From Candidatus Woesearchaeota archaeon (GTDB taxonomy: Archaea > Nanobdellota > Nanobdellia > Woesearchaeales > SKIA01): a stretch of 44,980 bases of DNA. Positions 17,323 to 26,237 of this stretch are shown one piece after another. A model generated the notes under the pieces. That model worked only from the letters and a program-made list of their open reading frames with translations, was not told the DNA's origin and ran no database searches. Each line of letters starts with the position of its first letter. The first letter of the stretch is position 1. The DNA lies in assembly GCA_007117065.1 (NCBI GenBank), contig SKHI01000010.1:1-44980 (forward strand), given 5' to 3'. Position numbers and translations under genes: made by a program.

Positions 17323-18459
17323 ATGTGTATGTATTTTGTACAGTGGTTATCCAGACAGAACAGTATCGTTGAAGTCTATATTGCGCTCACACTCTATGGT
17401 ATTGGTCTGTCCTTGGTCGGTATTTTCATTCCTATTTATCTCATCTCCCTTGGTTTTTCGTTACAGGAAGCATTGCTCTACATTCTCATTAATAAAGTTG
17501 TTTTACTATTTGCCATCCCGTTTACTTCTTGGCTTCAGGGAAATATTGGTTTGCAAGCGACCACTCTTATTCGCATTCCTTTTTTTCTCACCAGTTTTAT
17601 TGGTTTGCTTTTGCTTCCTTCCCATCCCTGGTTGTTTTGGGTCTCTGCTGTGGCAGGAGGTTTAGCTCTTATTCTGTTCTGGCTTCCTATTCAATTATTT
17701 TTCTTTCACTCGACAGAACATGCGAAACGTGGTTCTCAAGTAGGATTGTATTTTAGCATCCCTGCATTGTTTAAGGCGTCTGCTCCTGCTATTGGAGGGT
17801 TTATTGCTGTTTCTTTTGGTTTTGATGTACTGCTTCTTATCGGTTTATTTATCGTAGTTCTCTCTACAGTTCCTTTATTTCTTTCTTCTACTAAAAAAAT
17901 AGCGTCTTCTTTTCGTCTTCAAGATCTTTTTCGTGAGCGCGATCATTCGTTTGTTGCAATGACTGTCAGTGATGGTTTTGAGTATGTCGCCTCTGCTATT
18001 CTGTTTCCTCTTCTGATTTTTTTTGTTCTTGAGTCCGTTGATAGTGTCGGTTTGATTAAATCTTTAGGCATGGTGGTTTTTGGAGTTGCTTCTTTTTTTG
18101 TAGGAAAACAACTTGATGGTACCAGTCGTAAACGCACCTATGCAATCAGTGCATTCTTGTTTGCCTGTTCGTTGTTCTTACGGCCATTCCTCTCCACTCC
18201 TCTTGAATTTAGTCTTGTTATCATATTAGGCGGTCTTGCGTTTGCGTGTTATAAACCAAGTTACGAAACGATTATTCTTTCTAAAGCACATCACCGTGAC
18301 GATTCTGATACGTTTCTTGTTGCTCGTGAAGTGTTACTTAATTTTTCTCGCTCCGTGCTGTTGGCGATAGTGATTATTGTTCCGTTTGTATGGGGTTTTT
18401 TCCTTGCAGGAATCGCTCTACTCATATCATCTTTTGTTGTGTATAGGACGACCTCATGA
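17323..18459 (+). CDS. MFS-type multi-pass membrane transporter (378 aa)
   Basis: About 12 hydrophobic segments with a two-halves layout. The start could be ATG 17329 (TATATAG at 17301-17307). Confidence 0.55.
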   Translation: MCMYFVQWLSRQNSIVEVYIALTLYGIGLSLVGIFIPIYLISLGFSLQEALLYILINKVVLLFAIPFTSWLQGNIGLQATTLIRIPFFLTSFIGLLLLPSHPWLFWVSAVAGGLALILFWLPIQLFFFHSTEHAKRGSQVGLYFSIPALFKASAPAIGGFIAVSFGFDVLLLIGLFIVVLSTVPLFLSSTKKIASSFRLQDLFRERDHSFVAMTVSDGFEYVASAILFPLLIFFVLESVDSVGLIKSLGMVVFGVASFFVGKQLDGTSRKRTYAISAFLFACSLFLRPFLSTPLEFSLVIILGGLAFACYKPSYETIILSKAHHRDDSDTFLVAREVLLNFSRSVLLAIVIIVPFVWGFFLAGIALLISSFVVYRTTS

Positions 18460-19311
18460 ACCAATTGTTATAAGAGTGCATGCTCTACACAGTTCGTTAC
18501 TAGCCGGCATTCCACAGCGCCTACAGAAGTGTTGTTCGCATCGTTTATGTTCTTCGCGCACATAATGTTTGTTCAAAAAAGCAGTCACAATATTTTTTTT
18601 TGTTCCGGGTTGTTTTCTTTCAAGTTCGTTTAGTTCTTCTCCAACTCTCCATCGAAAGCTCTTGACTACGTTTGGGCACTCGCTAAAATTAGTTGTTATT
18701 TGTTTCAGTAAACAGTATGCGCGTATTTCTTTTTCTGGTATCAGATAAAATGGTTTAATGCGCGCGGCTATTCCTTGTTGTGCGGGCGTTTTAGGTCCTA
18801 TGCGTGAGAGGAGTTGTCTTTGGTTACGTAAAATATTCATAAGAATAGTTTGTGCTTCGTCGTCAAGGTTGTGTCCGGTTGCGATGAGGTCGTACTTTGT
18901 GCTATATTGCAGTAATGCTTTTCTTCGCAAAACTCCGCAGGTACTGCACGGGTGTGTCGGATTAAGTTCATCCAGTGATTTGCTTCCCAAGTCTGCAAAG
19001 CTCACTATGCGAAGAGGAATACTTTTTTCGGTACAGTACGCTTGTAAATCACGTATTGAGGTGTCCCTATACCCTGCTATTCCTTCATCTACGCAAAGAG
19101 CTTCTACTGGGTATTGTGTATGCAGCACCTCTAGGAGTGCAAGACTATCTTTTCCTCCGCTTGCTGCTACGCAGAGCGTCTGACCTTCTTGTATGAGATT
19201 GAACTCTTTTATTGTTTCATGCGCAGTTTTCTCAAAAAGCTCTACAAAGTGATTTTTACATCTTGGAGGAGTGTTCATCACTGCTTTTTCTGTACAGTAC
19301 GCGCATTGCAT
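18454..19311 (-). CDS. ttuA: TtuA/NcsA-family tRNA 2-thiolation PP-loop ATPase
   Basis: PP-loop CVAASGGKDS. N-terminal CxxC and C-terminal CRRC...CRAC zinc-finger pairs. GHNLDDEAQT motif. Confidence 0.8.
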   Translation of the reverse strand: MQCAYCTEKAVMNTPPRCKNHFVELFEKTAHETIKEFNLIQEGQTLCVAASGGKDSLALLEVLHTQYPVEALCVDEGIAGYRDTSIRDLQAYCTEKSIPLRIVSFADLGSKSLDELNPTHPCSTCGVLRRKALLQYSTKYDLIATGHNLDDEAQTILMNILRNQRQLLSRIGPKTPAQQGIAARIKPFYLIPEKEIRAYCLLKQITTNFSECPNVVKSFRWRVGEELNELERKQPGTKKNIVTAFLNKHYVREEHKRCEQHFCRRCGMPASNELCRACTLITIGS

Positions 19312-19344
19312 ACCTGTAGAATACAGTCCCCATTTATAAGGTGT

Positions 19345-19380
19345 AAGAAAAAGAAAAGAAAAATATTTTTGTTCAGAAAA
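19345..19380 (-). terminator. Oligo-T rich tract downstream of the DUF305 gene (minus-strand TTTT...TTTTTCTTTTCTTTTTCTT)
   Basis: Archaeal terminators are typically T-runs. The tract starts directly after the stop at 19381. Confidence 0.35.
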
Positions 19381-20013
19381 CTATTGCAAAAGAAGTTGTT
19401 GCATGAGTGCTATTTCTGCTTCTTGCACACGTATTATTTCTTCTGCAAATGCGCGCACTTCTTCTCGAACGTCAGGTAGCTCAAACAAACTTTCTGCCAT
19501 TAAGACTGCCATTTCGTGATGAATTATCATTCCATGCAAGTACGCATTATCTCTTTCAACACCCTCTAGTAATTCAAGATTCGGCATCATTTCCTGATAG
19601 TTCGTCTCTTCAAGACCATCGTACCATTCATTTAGCCAGCCAGTCATAACTTGTATTTCTTCTTCCTGTGCAGAGATTATTTCTGCCGCAAGACGCCAAA
19701 GAGCATCGTTTTGTGTGCTTGCCAGAATGATACGCGAAGTGTCAATTGCTTCTTGATGGTGCGGTATCATTTCTCTAATAAACTCTTCCTCGCTTGTTAC
19801 AACATGTAAGTGTTGTTGGTGATGCATATCATGAATGTCATGTGCTTCTCCTGGCTCATACCCATCACAATCCCCCATCAAAGTACCATCAGGCATGGTG
19901 TGACAGGGCATCCCTGTTAAAGCACGTTCCTCTCCTGTTGAACCCGTCTCATCTGTTGTAGCGCACGCAGTTAAAAGAACAGCGATACAAAGCACCAATA
20001 CTATGTATTTCAT
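19381..20013 (-). CDS. DUF305-family lipoprotein (four-helix-bundle, metal-related)
   Basis: Lipobox LLTAC in MKYIVLVLCIAVLLTACATT. Duplicated MIPHHQEAI / MIIHHEMAV motifs typical of DUF305. Confidence 0.75.
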   Translation of the reverse strand: MKYIVLVLCIAVLLTACATTDETGSTGEERALTGMPCHTMPDGTLMGDCDGYEPGEAHDIHDMHHQQHLHVVTSEEEFIREMIPHHQEAIDTSRIILASTQNDALWRLAAEIISAQEEEIQVMTGWLNEWYDGLEETNYQEMMPNLELLEGVERDNAYLHGMIIHHEMAVLMAESLFELPDVREEVRAFAEEIIRVQEAEIALMQQLLLQ

Positions 20014-20035
20014 GTAATTTCATAATATGAAACAA

Positions 20036-20045
20036 TATTTAAATA
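20036..20045. promoter_or_regulatory. Perfectly palindromic TATA box TATTTAAATA shared by divergent genes
   Basis: 23 nt from ATG 20013 (minus) and 24 nt from ATG 20069 (plus). Flanked by the 10 nt direct repeat TGAAACAATA at 20028-20037 and 20050-20059. Confidence 0.5.
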
Positions 20046-20068
20046 GTTGTGAAACAATACAGTTTTGT

Positions 20069-20548
20069 ATGAACGCTAAATTACTTCAATTGCCTATTTC
20101 TTTTGGCGTGCTCCTCATTGCCATATTTTTGTCAATACTTACACACAGCTCACACACAAATAACAGTTATATTTTGAATGTTCTTGCAGAATACCACGTA
20201 TTTATTATGTTATTTCTTGTTTTTGTAAGTGTTCTTTTTGGCTTTGTTTGGTCTCAGATACTCTATCAACAAATTAGCATACATAAAAATAAAAACAAAA
20301 ATTTACTCACTCTTGTAAAAGAATTAATGAGTTCTGACGAGCGTTTGGTTATCGAATTACTTGTTAAAAAATCAACAGTTATGCAAAGCGAGTTATCTCA
20401 GTACGATAATATAACTCGAGTACGCGCACATAGAGTTGTTTCTTCTTTGGTATCAAGAGGAATAATCGATAAAAGAAAGGTTGGTAAGCAAGTTCAATTA
20501 TTCCTATCCCCCCGTATAGAAGTATTGTTTAGCTCCAAGGCAGCTTAA
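20069..20548 (+). CDS. Membrane-anchored winged-helix (MarR/TrmB-like) transcriptional regulator (159 aa; the ORF track starts at 20027)
   Basis: Two N-terminal TM helices. C-terminal LVIELLVKKSTVMQSELSQYDNITRVRAHRVVSSLVSRGIIDKRKVGKQV fits a wHTH pattern. The 20069 start is favoured because the TATA box would otherwise lie inside the coding region. Confidence 0.5.
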   Translation: MNAKLLQLPISFGVLLIAIFLSILTHSSHTNNSYILNVLAEYHVFIMLFLVFVSVLFGFVWSQILYQQISIHKNKNKNLLTLVKELMSSDERLVIELLVKKSTVMQSELSQYDNITRVRAHRVVSSLVSRGIIDKRKVGKQVQLFLSPRIEVLFSSKAA

Positions 20549-20591
20549 AGATATCAACTGTATTTATTAACAAGTGCGAATATAGATTGGT

Positions 20592-22526
20592 ATGAAATAC
20601 GTCCCTGTGTTTGTTCTCATCGCTGTTCTCTTCTCTGGTTGCGCTCTTTTTTCTTCTGATAGTTCCAGTATTCAGTCATTTTCTTCTCTTCAGGAATTTG
20701 AAGCATTTATCTCCTCTGAAAACCCTATTCTTTTTCGCGAGGACAGATTGTTTGAATCACTCTCTTCTTCTGCACCCAGCACGATAAGTGGTCTTGATAC
20801 GAGCGGAACAAATGTTCAGGTGGCAGGTGTTGATGAGGCAGATATCGTAAAGGTTGTAAACGATTTGGTATTTACAGTTACAGATAATACTCTTTTTGTT
20901 ATTCGTGCGTATCCTGGTGATGACGCCGTCGTTCTCAGTCGCACTTCGATAAATGGTTCTGGTTTAGGGTTGTTTGTTGATGATAATATTGTTGTTGTTC
21001 TTTCCTCCTCTCGAGGAACTTCTTCCTTTGGTCGTCGTTGGTTTTCTGAAAGTATTTCTGTAGAATTTTTTGACAGTAGTTCTCCTTCTGAACTGACTCG
21101 TATTGATTCGTTTTTATTTAGTGGATCCTACGTTGATGCACGCCTCTTAAACGGGGTATTATATCTTATTGAGCAATCTTGGCCTTCTGCTTCATCTTCT
21201 CTTCCTGTACATATGCATGGTGCCCGTGAGTTTTCTCTTTCTCCTCGATCAATCTCTTATCTTCCCATCGAGTACTCTTCTCATGTCCTCTCTTCCGTGC
21301 ACGCTATTTCTCTTTCTGATCGCGATATTCATTCTCTTGGTGTGCTAACCCCTAACACTCCTGTTGTGTACATGTCCCATGATAATTTGTTCTTAGTGTC
21401 CGCAGAGCACATAAATCAATGGGATGTACAGACTGAGGAGACTATTTCTGTGGTTGAACCATTACTTTCTTCTCAGCAGCGTAGTCTTGTTCGGCGTATT
21501 CGTGCGGTTGATTCAGATATTTTTTCTGATCAAGAAAAAACGCAGCGAGTGGCTATGGTCATGGAGCAGTACCTAAGCTCTCTTTCAGAAACTCAAGAAG
21601 AAGAAATTCGTGACCGTATCGAGAGTCGTACGAAAGAACGTATGCTAAAAAAAGAGTTTTTTGATTCAAGTCATATCGTACGCGTTTCTCTCTCCCCTCT
21701 TTCCGTTGATGCTTCAGGAGTGGTTCCTGGTACTGTGAATAATCAGTTTTCTCTTGATGAACAGGACGGCGTTTTACGCATTACTACAACTACACAGAGA
21801 ATGTGGTTTTCTGGTGAAACACTTCGTGAGTCTGAGAATCATGTTTTCACTCTTGATAGTTCCCTTTCTGTTCTTGATAGTCTTATGGGCCTTGCTCCTA
21901 CTGAGCGTATTTTCTCTGCGCGGTATACTCCGCAACGATTATATCTTGTTACCTTTGATATTGTTGATCCGTTTTTTGTCATCGACCTTTCTTCTCCACG
22001 AGATATACGTCTTCTTGGGGAGCTGAAAATTGAAGGTTTTAGTCGATACCTTCATCCTCTTGATGAAAATACTGTTATTGGTTTTGGTCGTGATGCAAAT
22101 GAATTTGGTGCCCCTCTAGGTCTAAAAATAAGTTTATTTGATGTCCGTGATGTTCACAATCCTGTCGAAACTGCATCTTGGATAAGTGATCGTGGTGTCT
22201 TTAGTTCTGCTGAGTTTGAGCATCACGCGTTTTTATTCAACAAGGAACGCGAACTACTTGTAATTCCTGCTTCCAGTCATCGTCCAAGAGACGACTCATA
22301 TGTTGGCGCCTTTGTTTTTCACATTGATTCTCAGAATATTTCTTTGCGAGGATTAATTGATCATTCTGCTGGTGGGTGGCATCCTGTTCAAAGAAGTTTT
22401 TTTATTGAAGAGTTACTCTATACGAAAAGCCCGTATTTGTTACGCATACATCAGTTGTCCGAGTTATCGTCCGTGCATGATTTGCAACTAGCTCCTCTTG
22501 CTCAAACAGACATTCCTCTCTATTAG
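20592..22526 (+). CDS. Secreted lipoprotein with beta-propeller domain (Pfam Beta_propel/PF09826-like)
   Basis: Lipobox LFSGC. TNVQVAGVDEADIVK matches the N-terminal signature I recall for this family. Ser-rich. Confidence 0.7.
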   Translation: MKYVPVFVLIAVLFSGCALFSSDSSSIQSFSSLQEFEAFISSENPILFREDRLFESLSSSAPSTISGLDTSGTNVQVAGVDEADIVKVVNDLVFTVTDNTLFVIRAYPGDDAVVLSRTSINGSGLGLFVDDNIVVVLSSSRGTSSFGRRWFSESISVEFFDSSSPSELTRIDSFLFSGSYVDARLLNGVLYLIEQSWPSASSSLPVHMHGAREFSLSPRSISYLPIEYSSHVLSSVHAISLSDRDIHSLGVLTPNTPVVYMSHDNLFLVSAEHINQWDVQTEETISVVEPLLSSQQRSLVRRIRAVDSDIFSDQEKTQRVAMVMEQYLSSLSETQEEEIRDRIESRTKERMLKKEFFDSSHIVRVSLSPLSVDASGVVPGTVNNQFSLDEQDGVLRITTTTQRMWFSGETLRESENHVFTLDSSLSVLDSLMGLAPTERIFSARYTPQRLYLVTFDIVDPFFVIDLSSPRDIRLLGELKIEGFSRYLHPLDENTVIGFGRDANEFGAPLGLKISLFDVRDVHNPVETASWISDRGVFSSAEFEHHAFLFNKERELLVIPASSHRPRDDSYVGAFVFHIDSQNISLRGLIDHSAGGWHPVQRSFFIEELLYTKSPYLLRIHQLSELSSVHDLQLAPLAQTDIPLY

Positions 22527-22567
22527 AAGACGTTAATCAGTCCGGCAGTAATCGCAGGTGTTCTTGT

Positions 22568-22762
22568 CTACCCACCGCTCACTACGGTAAGTAGTTTTAT
22601 TTCATTTGTATTTGTGAGTTCTTCGTCCTCCGTCACGAGTTCACCGTCTTTAAGTATTAAAACGGTTTGCGGGTTTATCTTAAGGAGTGTGCAGAGTTGC
22701 TCTGCTGTTCCCTTAAAATCAATTGTTTTGTTTTCATTTGTTCGTTCTATAAATATCTGCAT
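22568..22762 (-). CDS. ThiS/MoaD-family ubiquitin-like sulfur carrier / SAMP-like protein (64 aa, C-terminal GG)
   Basis: Ends ...LLTVVSGG then stop. Beta-grasp-like pattern (KINPQTVLILKDGELV). Own TATA box (22781-22791) 19-29 nt upstream. Confidence 0.7.
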   Translation of the reverse strand: MQIFIERTNENKTIDFKGTAEQLCTLLKINPQTVLILKDGELVTEDEELTNTNEIKLLTVVSGG

Positions 22763-22802
22763 AGAGAGTGTATACTGATCTTTTTTATATTGCTTCTTAT
22801 TC

Positions 22803-24005
22803 CTACCAATGAAAACGTCTTCTCGTTTTCTTTAGAGAGATGGTGGGAAAGTATTTTTTTCTTGGTAAGTATTCTTTTTGTAGATAGGCGTATGTGACAA
22901 GAAGCAGCACTCCTCCTATAAAGAGCACCCCTCGTATTCCTATCTGCGTCTCCAGAAGTAGCCCTGCAAGTATTGGACTTATTACCCAACCAAGAGCTGC
23001 TGCTGTTGAAAGACTTTTTGTGTATTGTTTTATAGTGTGTTCTGGTGTTGTTTCTTCTACGTGTGTCTGTATTGCAGGACTTATCATGCTGTCAGTTGCC
23101 ACATATATTGCATAGAGTATTCCTATGAGTACAAAGCTCCCAAAGGGAAGTAGTGTTGCTACTATTGCTGCGACGAGAAGTGCTGCAAGGAGTACTTGTT
23201 CTGAATGGTTTTGTTCGAGTAACAGTTTTGTTACATACATGCTTCCTATTCCTGCAAGCACTCCTATGGCAAAGAGAATTCCAATTTCTCGCACCCCATA
23301 TCCCAACTCCAATATGAGAAGTGGAATAATGAAGTCTCGCACAGCCCAGTATCCGTGTAATACGATGGTAAGTATGGTGAGCCCTTTATGCTGCGTCTCA
23401 AAAAGAGTTTCTATTCGTTTTAACAAATTATTTTTTGTTGGTTTATAGTATTCTTGTTGTTGTGCAGGAAGGCGTAAGCTGATAAATCCTGCAAGTAAAT
23501 AGCTTAATCCTGCAAGAATATATCCGTGTGTAACTACAGTTTTTGCGATGTATCCTGTAAGCAAGTATCCTACAATTCCGCCAATAAGAGCAGTTACGCC
23601 TATTCCAAGAAGGAGGGTGTCTTTTATTTTTGAAAAACTAAACGATTCTTCTATATCCGCTAGTATTGTTGAAAAGCTGACAGGTATAAGAAGAAGGAGA
23701 ATTGTTTTTATAATAAGATAATAGGGCGTTAGTTGTATGTTTGCAGCATATATTGCTGTTGTTCCCAGGAGCATGCTTGTCCAAATAAGAAATGTTTTTT
23801 TACCTATTTTTTTGGGTATTTGATGCACATTTGGTGCAAATAATAAATATCCTATTGCTCCTGTTCCAAGTATTATTCCCATTAATACATAGTTTGTCTG
23901 CGATATGTGTTTGAGAAATACTGTTTCTATTGTTGCAATACTTGCTGTTGCGAGTGCGTAGAAGAAGGTTATTGCAAAGAGCGTTTTGGGAGGTGTTTTT
24001 TTCAT
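22803..24005 (-). CDS. MFS-type transporter (400 aa)
   Basis: About 12 TM segments. ATGA overlap (24002-24005) with the upstream metalloprotease gene. Confidence 0.55.
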   Translation of the reverse strand: MKKTPPKTLFAITFFYALATASIATIETVFLKHISQTNYVLMGIILGTGAIGYLLFAPNVHQIPKKIGKKTFLIWTSMLLGTTAIYAANIQLTPYYLIIKTILLLLIPVSFSTILADIEESFSFSKIKDTLLLGIGVTALIGGIVGYLLTGYIAKTVVTHGYILAGLSYLLAGFISLRLPAQQQEYYKPTKNNLLKRIETLFETQHKGLTILTIVLHGYWAVRDFIIPLLILELGYGVREIGILFAIGVLAGIGSMYVTKLLLEQNHSEQVLLAALLVAAIVATLLPFGSFVLIGILYAIYVATDSMISPAIQTHVEETTPEHTIKQYTKSLSTAAALGWVISPILAGLLLETQIGIRGVLFIGGVLLLVTYAYLQKEYLPRKKYFPTISLKKTRRRFHW

Positions 24006-25423
24006 TGGTATTCTGTTTCCTCTTTATTTGGGAGCACTGTCGTCACGAGCATTCCTATTGTGAAGAAGATAACATACAGAGTTATAGGCATATTAATAAA
24101 TTGTTGTATTGCCGCCCATTGCAGTAAAGGTATGAGAAGGCCTCCTGCAATGAGTACCGTGTATGGATAGGTGTATTCTTTATACATGGTGTATGTATAA
24201 TGCCATCGAATAAGTGCTCCGTAAATAATTCCTGTAAAGAAAAAAAGAAGTATTGCTGGAAGTGTTGCCAGTACAAGAAGAGGAATGAGGACGAGCACAG
24301 TAATTGTGTATGTGCTAAGAAAAAAAATGTGTATCTGCACGTGTGAAAACCACTTTTTACTCGCGTATGGATGATCTGTAAGTGTGGTTATTGCGTTTGC
24401 ACTAATGATAAAGGCACTAAATAAGAGTGCAAGCATATTCATTGGATTGAGTGGTTGCTGTATGAGATCATACCCTACTGTCGCAAAAATAGGGTAGAGA
24501 TATACGATGAGCACAGTGAGTCCCACAAAGAATCCGATAAATAAGAGTGGAACTGCGCTTCGTAACACCGGATCAGGGTTTTTTTGTTTGCAGAATATAC
24601 AGAGTTGTTTGGGCATTTCTCGAAGAGTGCGCAGTATATCAACTCCTGTTTTGTTATTTGCTATTTTTATTATGTCTGCTTCAGGATGTGGGATGAATTG
24701 TGAGAGAATGTTGAGAAGTGCAAGTAAGGCGATAAATTGTGCAAATGAACTCTGTGTATACGCATACACGGTGAGTGCTATACTTAGTACGAGAAAAACG
24801 GCAAATATTCCTGCCAAGTAGACTATTGTTTGGGTTTGTAGTCTGAGAAGATGGATATTCTGTATGTTTGCTCGTATACGCAGATAAAACCATCTCTTTT
24901 GCAATTGCAGAGCAGTTGTGTGTTTTGTTGTTGCCATTGCGAGATAATGTCCTAGTTCATGTATTGCCTGTATAAGAAAAAGAGCGAATATTGTTACCGG
25001 AAGAAGTATTGCATAATTTGTTGTAAAAAAAAACCAAGTATATGTTGGTGTGAATTGTTGTTGGGCAAGGAAATATGCTCCAAGAAAGAAAATTGTTGCA
25101 TAAAGAGTAAGAACTATTGGATGCTTTGCCCATTTTGCTTGTGTGTGCTTAAAGATATCTGCTAGATGTTTTTTTGGATTTATCTTTTGTTTTCCAAGCG
25201 AGTATATGAGTCCGTGCTCTCCTAGGTAGCGCACGAATTCATCAATATCATACTGCAAATATTTTTTTTTTGTTTGCTCTACTGAATGCTTCTGGAGGTA
25301 TTCAATTATTTCTTTTCCTTCTTGCTCAATTATTGCGGTGCTTGCCGTTGGTTCATGAGATACTACGTAATCTGTGCCTCTTCGATAAAAAGAAAGTTTA
25401 TGAAAGTGTACACGTGTAACCAT
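24002..25423 (-). CDS. Polytopic membrane zinc metalloprotease (HExxH, M50/site-2-protease-like) with a cytosolic PqqD/RRE-like N-terminal domain
   Basis: HELGH at aa 155-159 at the edge of a TM helix. About 8 or more TM segments. The N-terminal ~75 aa (…YRRGTDYVVSHEPTASTAIIEQEGKEIIEYLQKHSVEQTKKKYLQYDIDEFVRYLGEHGLI) has a PqqD-like pattern. Confidence 0.5.
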   Translation of the reverse strand: MVTRVHFHKLSFYRRGTDYVVSHEPTASTAIIEQEGKEIIEYLQKHSVEQTKKKYLQYDIDEFVRYLGEHGLIYSLGKQKINPKKHLADIFKHTQAKWAKHPIVLTLYATIFFLGAYFLAQQQFTPTYTWFFFTTNYAILLPVTIFALFLIQAIHELGHYLAMATTKHTTALQLQKRWFYLRIRANIQNIHLLRLQTQTIVYLAGIFAVFLVLSIALTVYAYTQSSFAQFIALLALLNILSQFIPHPEADIIKIANNKTGVDILRTLREMPKQLCIFCKQKNPDPVLRSAVPLLFIGFFVGLTVLIVYLYPIFATVGYDLIQQPLNPMNMLALLFSAFIISANAITTLTDHPYASKKWFSHVQIHIFFLSTYTITVLVLIPLLVLATLPAILLFFFTGIIYGALIRWHYTYTMYKEYTYPYTVLIAGGLLIPLLQWAAIQQFINMPITLYVIFFTIGMLVTTVLPNKEETEYQ

Positions 25424-25529
25424 GAGAATGGATGATACTTCGCTCTTAAAAAGAGTGTTGATAACTCTATAAAGTGGTTACAAAGCAAAAAAAGAAAAAT
25501 ATATAAATAATAACTACATAGTGGTGAAT

Positions 25530-26048
25530 ATGAGCGAGGCATATGAAAAAGCTGTTGATAAACTAAAAATCCAAGGCAAACTAACTCAAGAGCAACTAGC
25601 ACATCTTAACGAAATTTATGGCCGCATTCCTACAAATGCGTGGAGAGACCTTGGAAACAGACCGTATGCAACCACAATTAAGGAACTTACAGAAATAGTT
25701 GAAAGAACGCCTCCGAAAAAAAGGCAAGATACAACACATATACTAAGCAAATATCAAGCAATTCTAAAAACTGACGGAAGACCTATTCTTGATATGTTCA
25801 AATGGTCTGAAATTGGCAACATAAAGCGTGAAGCCAAGTATGCGATCGTATTTCAATTCATTAAACCTCAGATCTCTGAAGACGGCGAATATATTATGAC
25901 TACAGTTGATAAACGTGGACGTGTACTAAAGAGTGAACAAGTAGATCTTACAGAGGAACAAAACGAAATCACAAAATACGACACAGTAGGGAGTGCAAAT
26001 TCTTCAGGAGAGATAGTAAGCAGATATCAGTTCAAAAAAATATCATAA
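25530..26048 (+). CDS. Hypothetical soluble protein (172 aa)
   Basis: The track start at 25521 is GTG. ATG 25530 lies 21-30 nt downstream of TATATAAATA (25500-25509). No family recognised. Confidence 0.6.
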   Translation: MSEAYEKAVDKLKIQGKLTQEQLAHLNEIYGRIPTNAWRDLGNRPYATTIKELTEIVERTPPKKRQDTTHILSKYQAILKTDGRPILDMFKWSEIGNIKREAKYAIVFQFIKPQISEDGEYIMTTVDKRGRVLKSEQVDLTEEQNEITKYDTVGSANSSGEIVSRYQFKKIS

Positions 26049-26189
26049 GTCTCTTCGACGAGATTTGCATCTCTGAGAGCAATATTTTACTGCCTCGAAG
26101 TCTTTCCACTTTTTTCTTTGTGTAAACAATCTGCTACATACCACACACGTTTTTGCTTCCTTGTATGCACCCCGATCATATATTTTCAT
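26043..26189 (-). CDS. DUF2256-like zinc-ribbon protein (48 aa), missing from the ORF track
   Basis: Hand translation: MKIYDRGAYKEAKTCVVCSRLFTQRKKWKDFEAVKYCSQRCKSRRRDL. This matches the DUF2256 signature as I recall it (C-x2-C-x-R-x-F-x2-RKKW...VKYCS-x-RC). A TATA region (26209-26224) lies 20-35 nt upstream. The 3' end overlaps the convergent gene by 6 nt. Confidence 0.65.
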   Translation of the reverse strand: MKIYDRGAYKEAKTCVVCSRLFTQRKKWKDFEAVKYCSQRCKSRRRDL

Positions 26190-26237
26190 ATACAGAAAAA
26201 CGATAAACTCTTTAAATAAATAGCACTCACGTCTATC

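Noticed and set aside
22568-22762. The ThiS-like GG protein as substrate or part of the PqqD-M50-MFS unit upstream.
   Set aside because: It has its own correctly spaced TATA box. It is better explained as a sulfur carrier or SAMP linked to TtuA.
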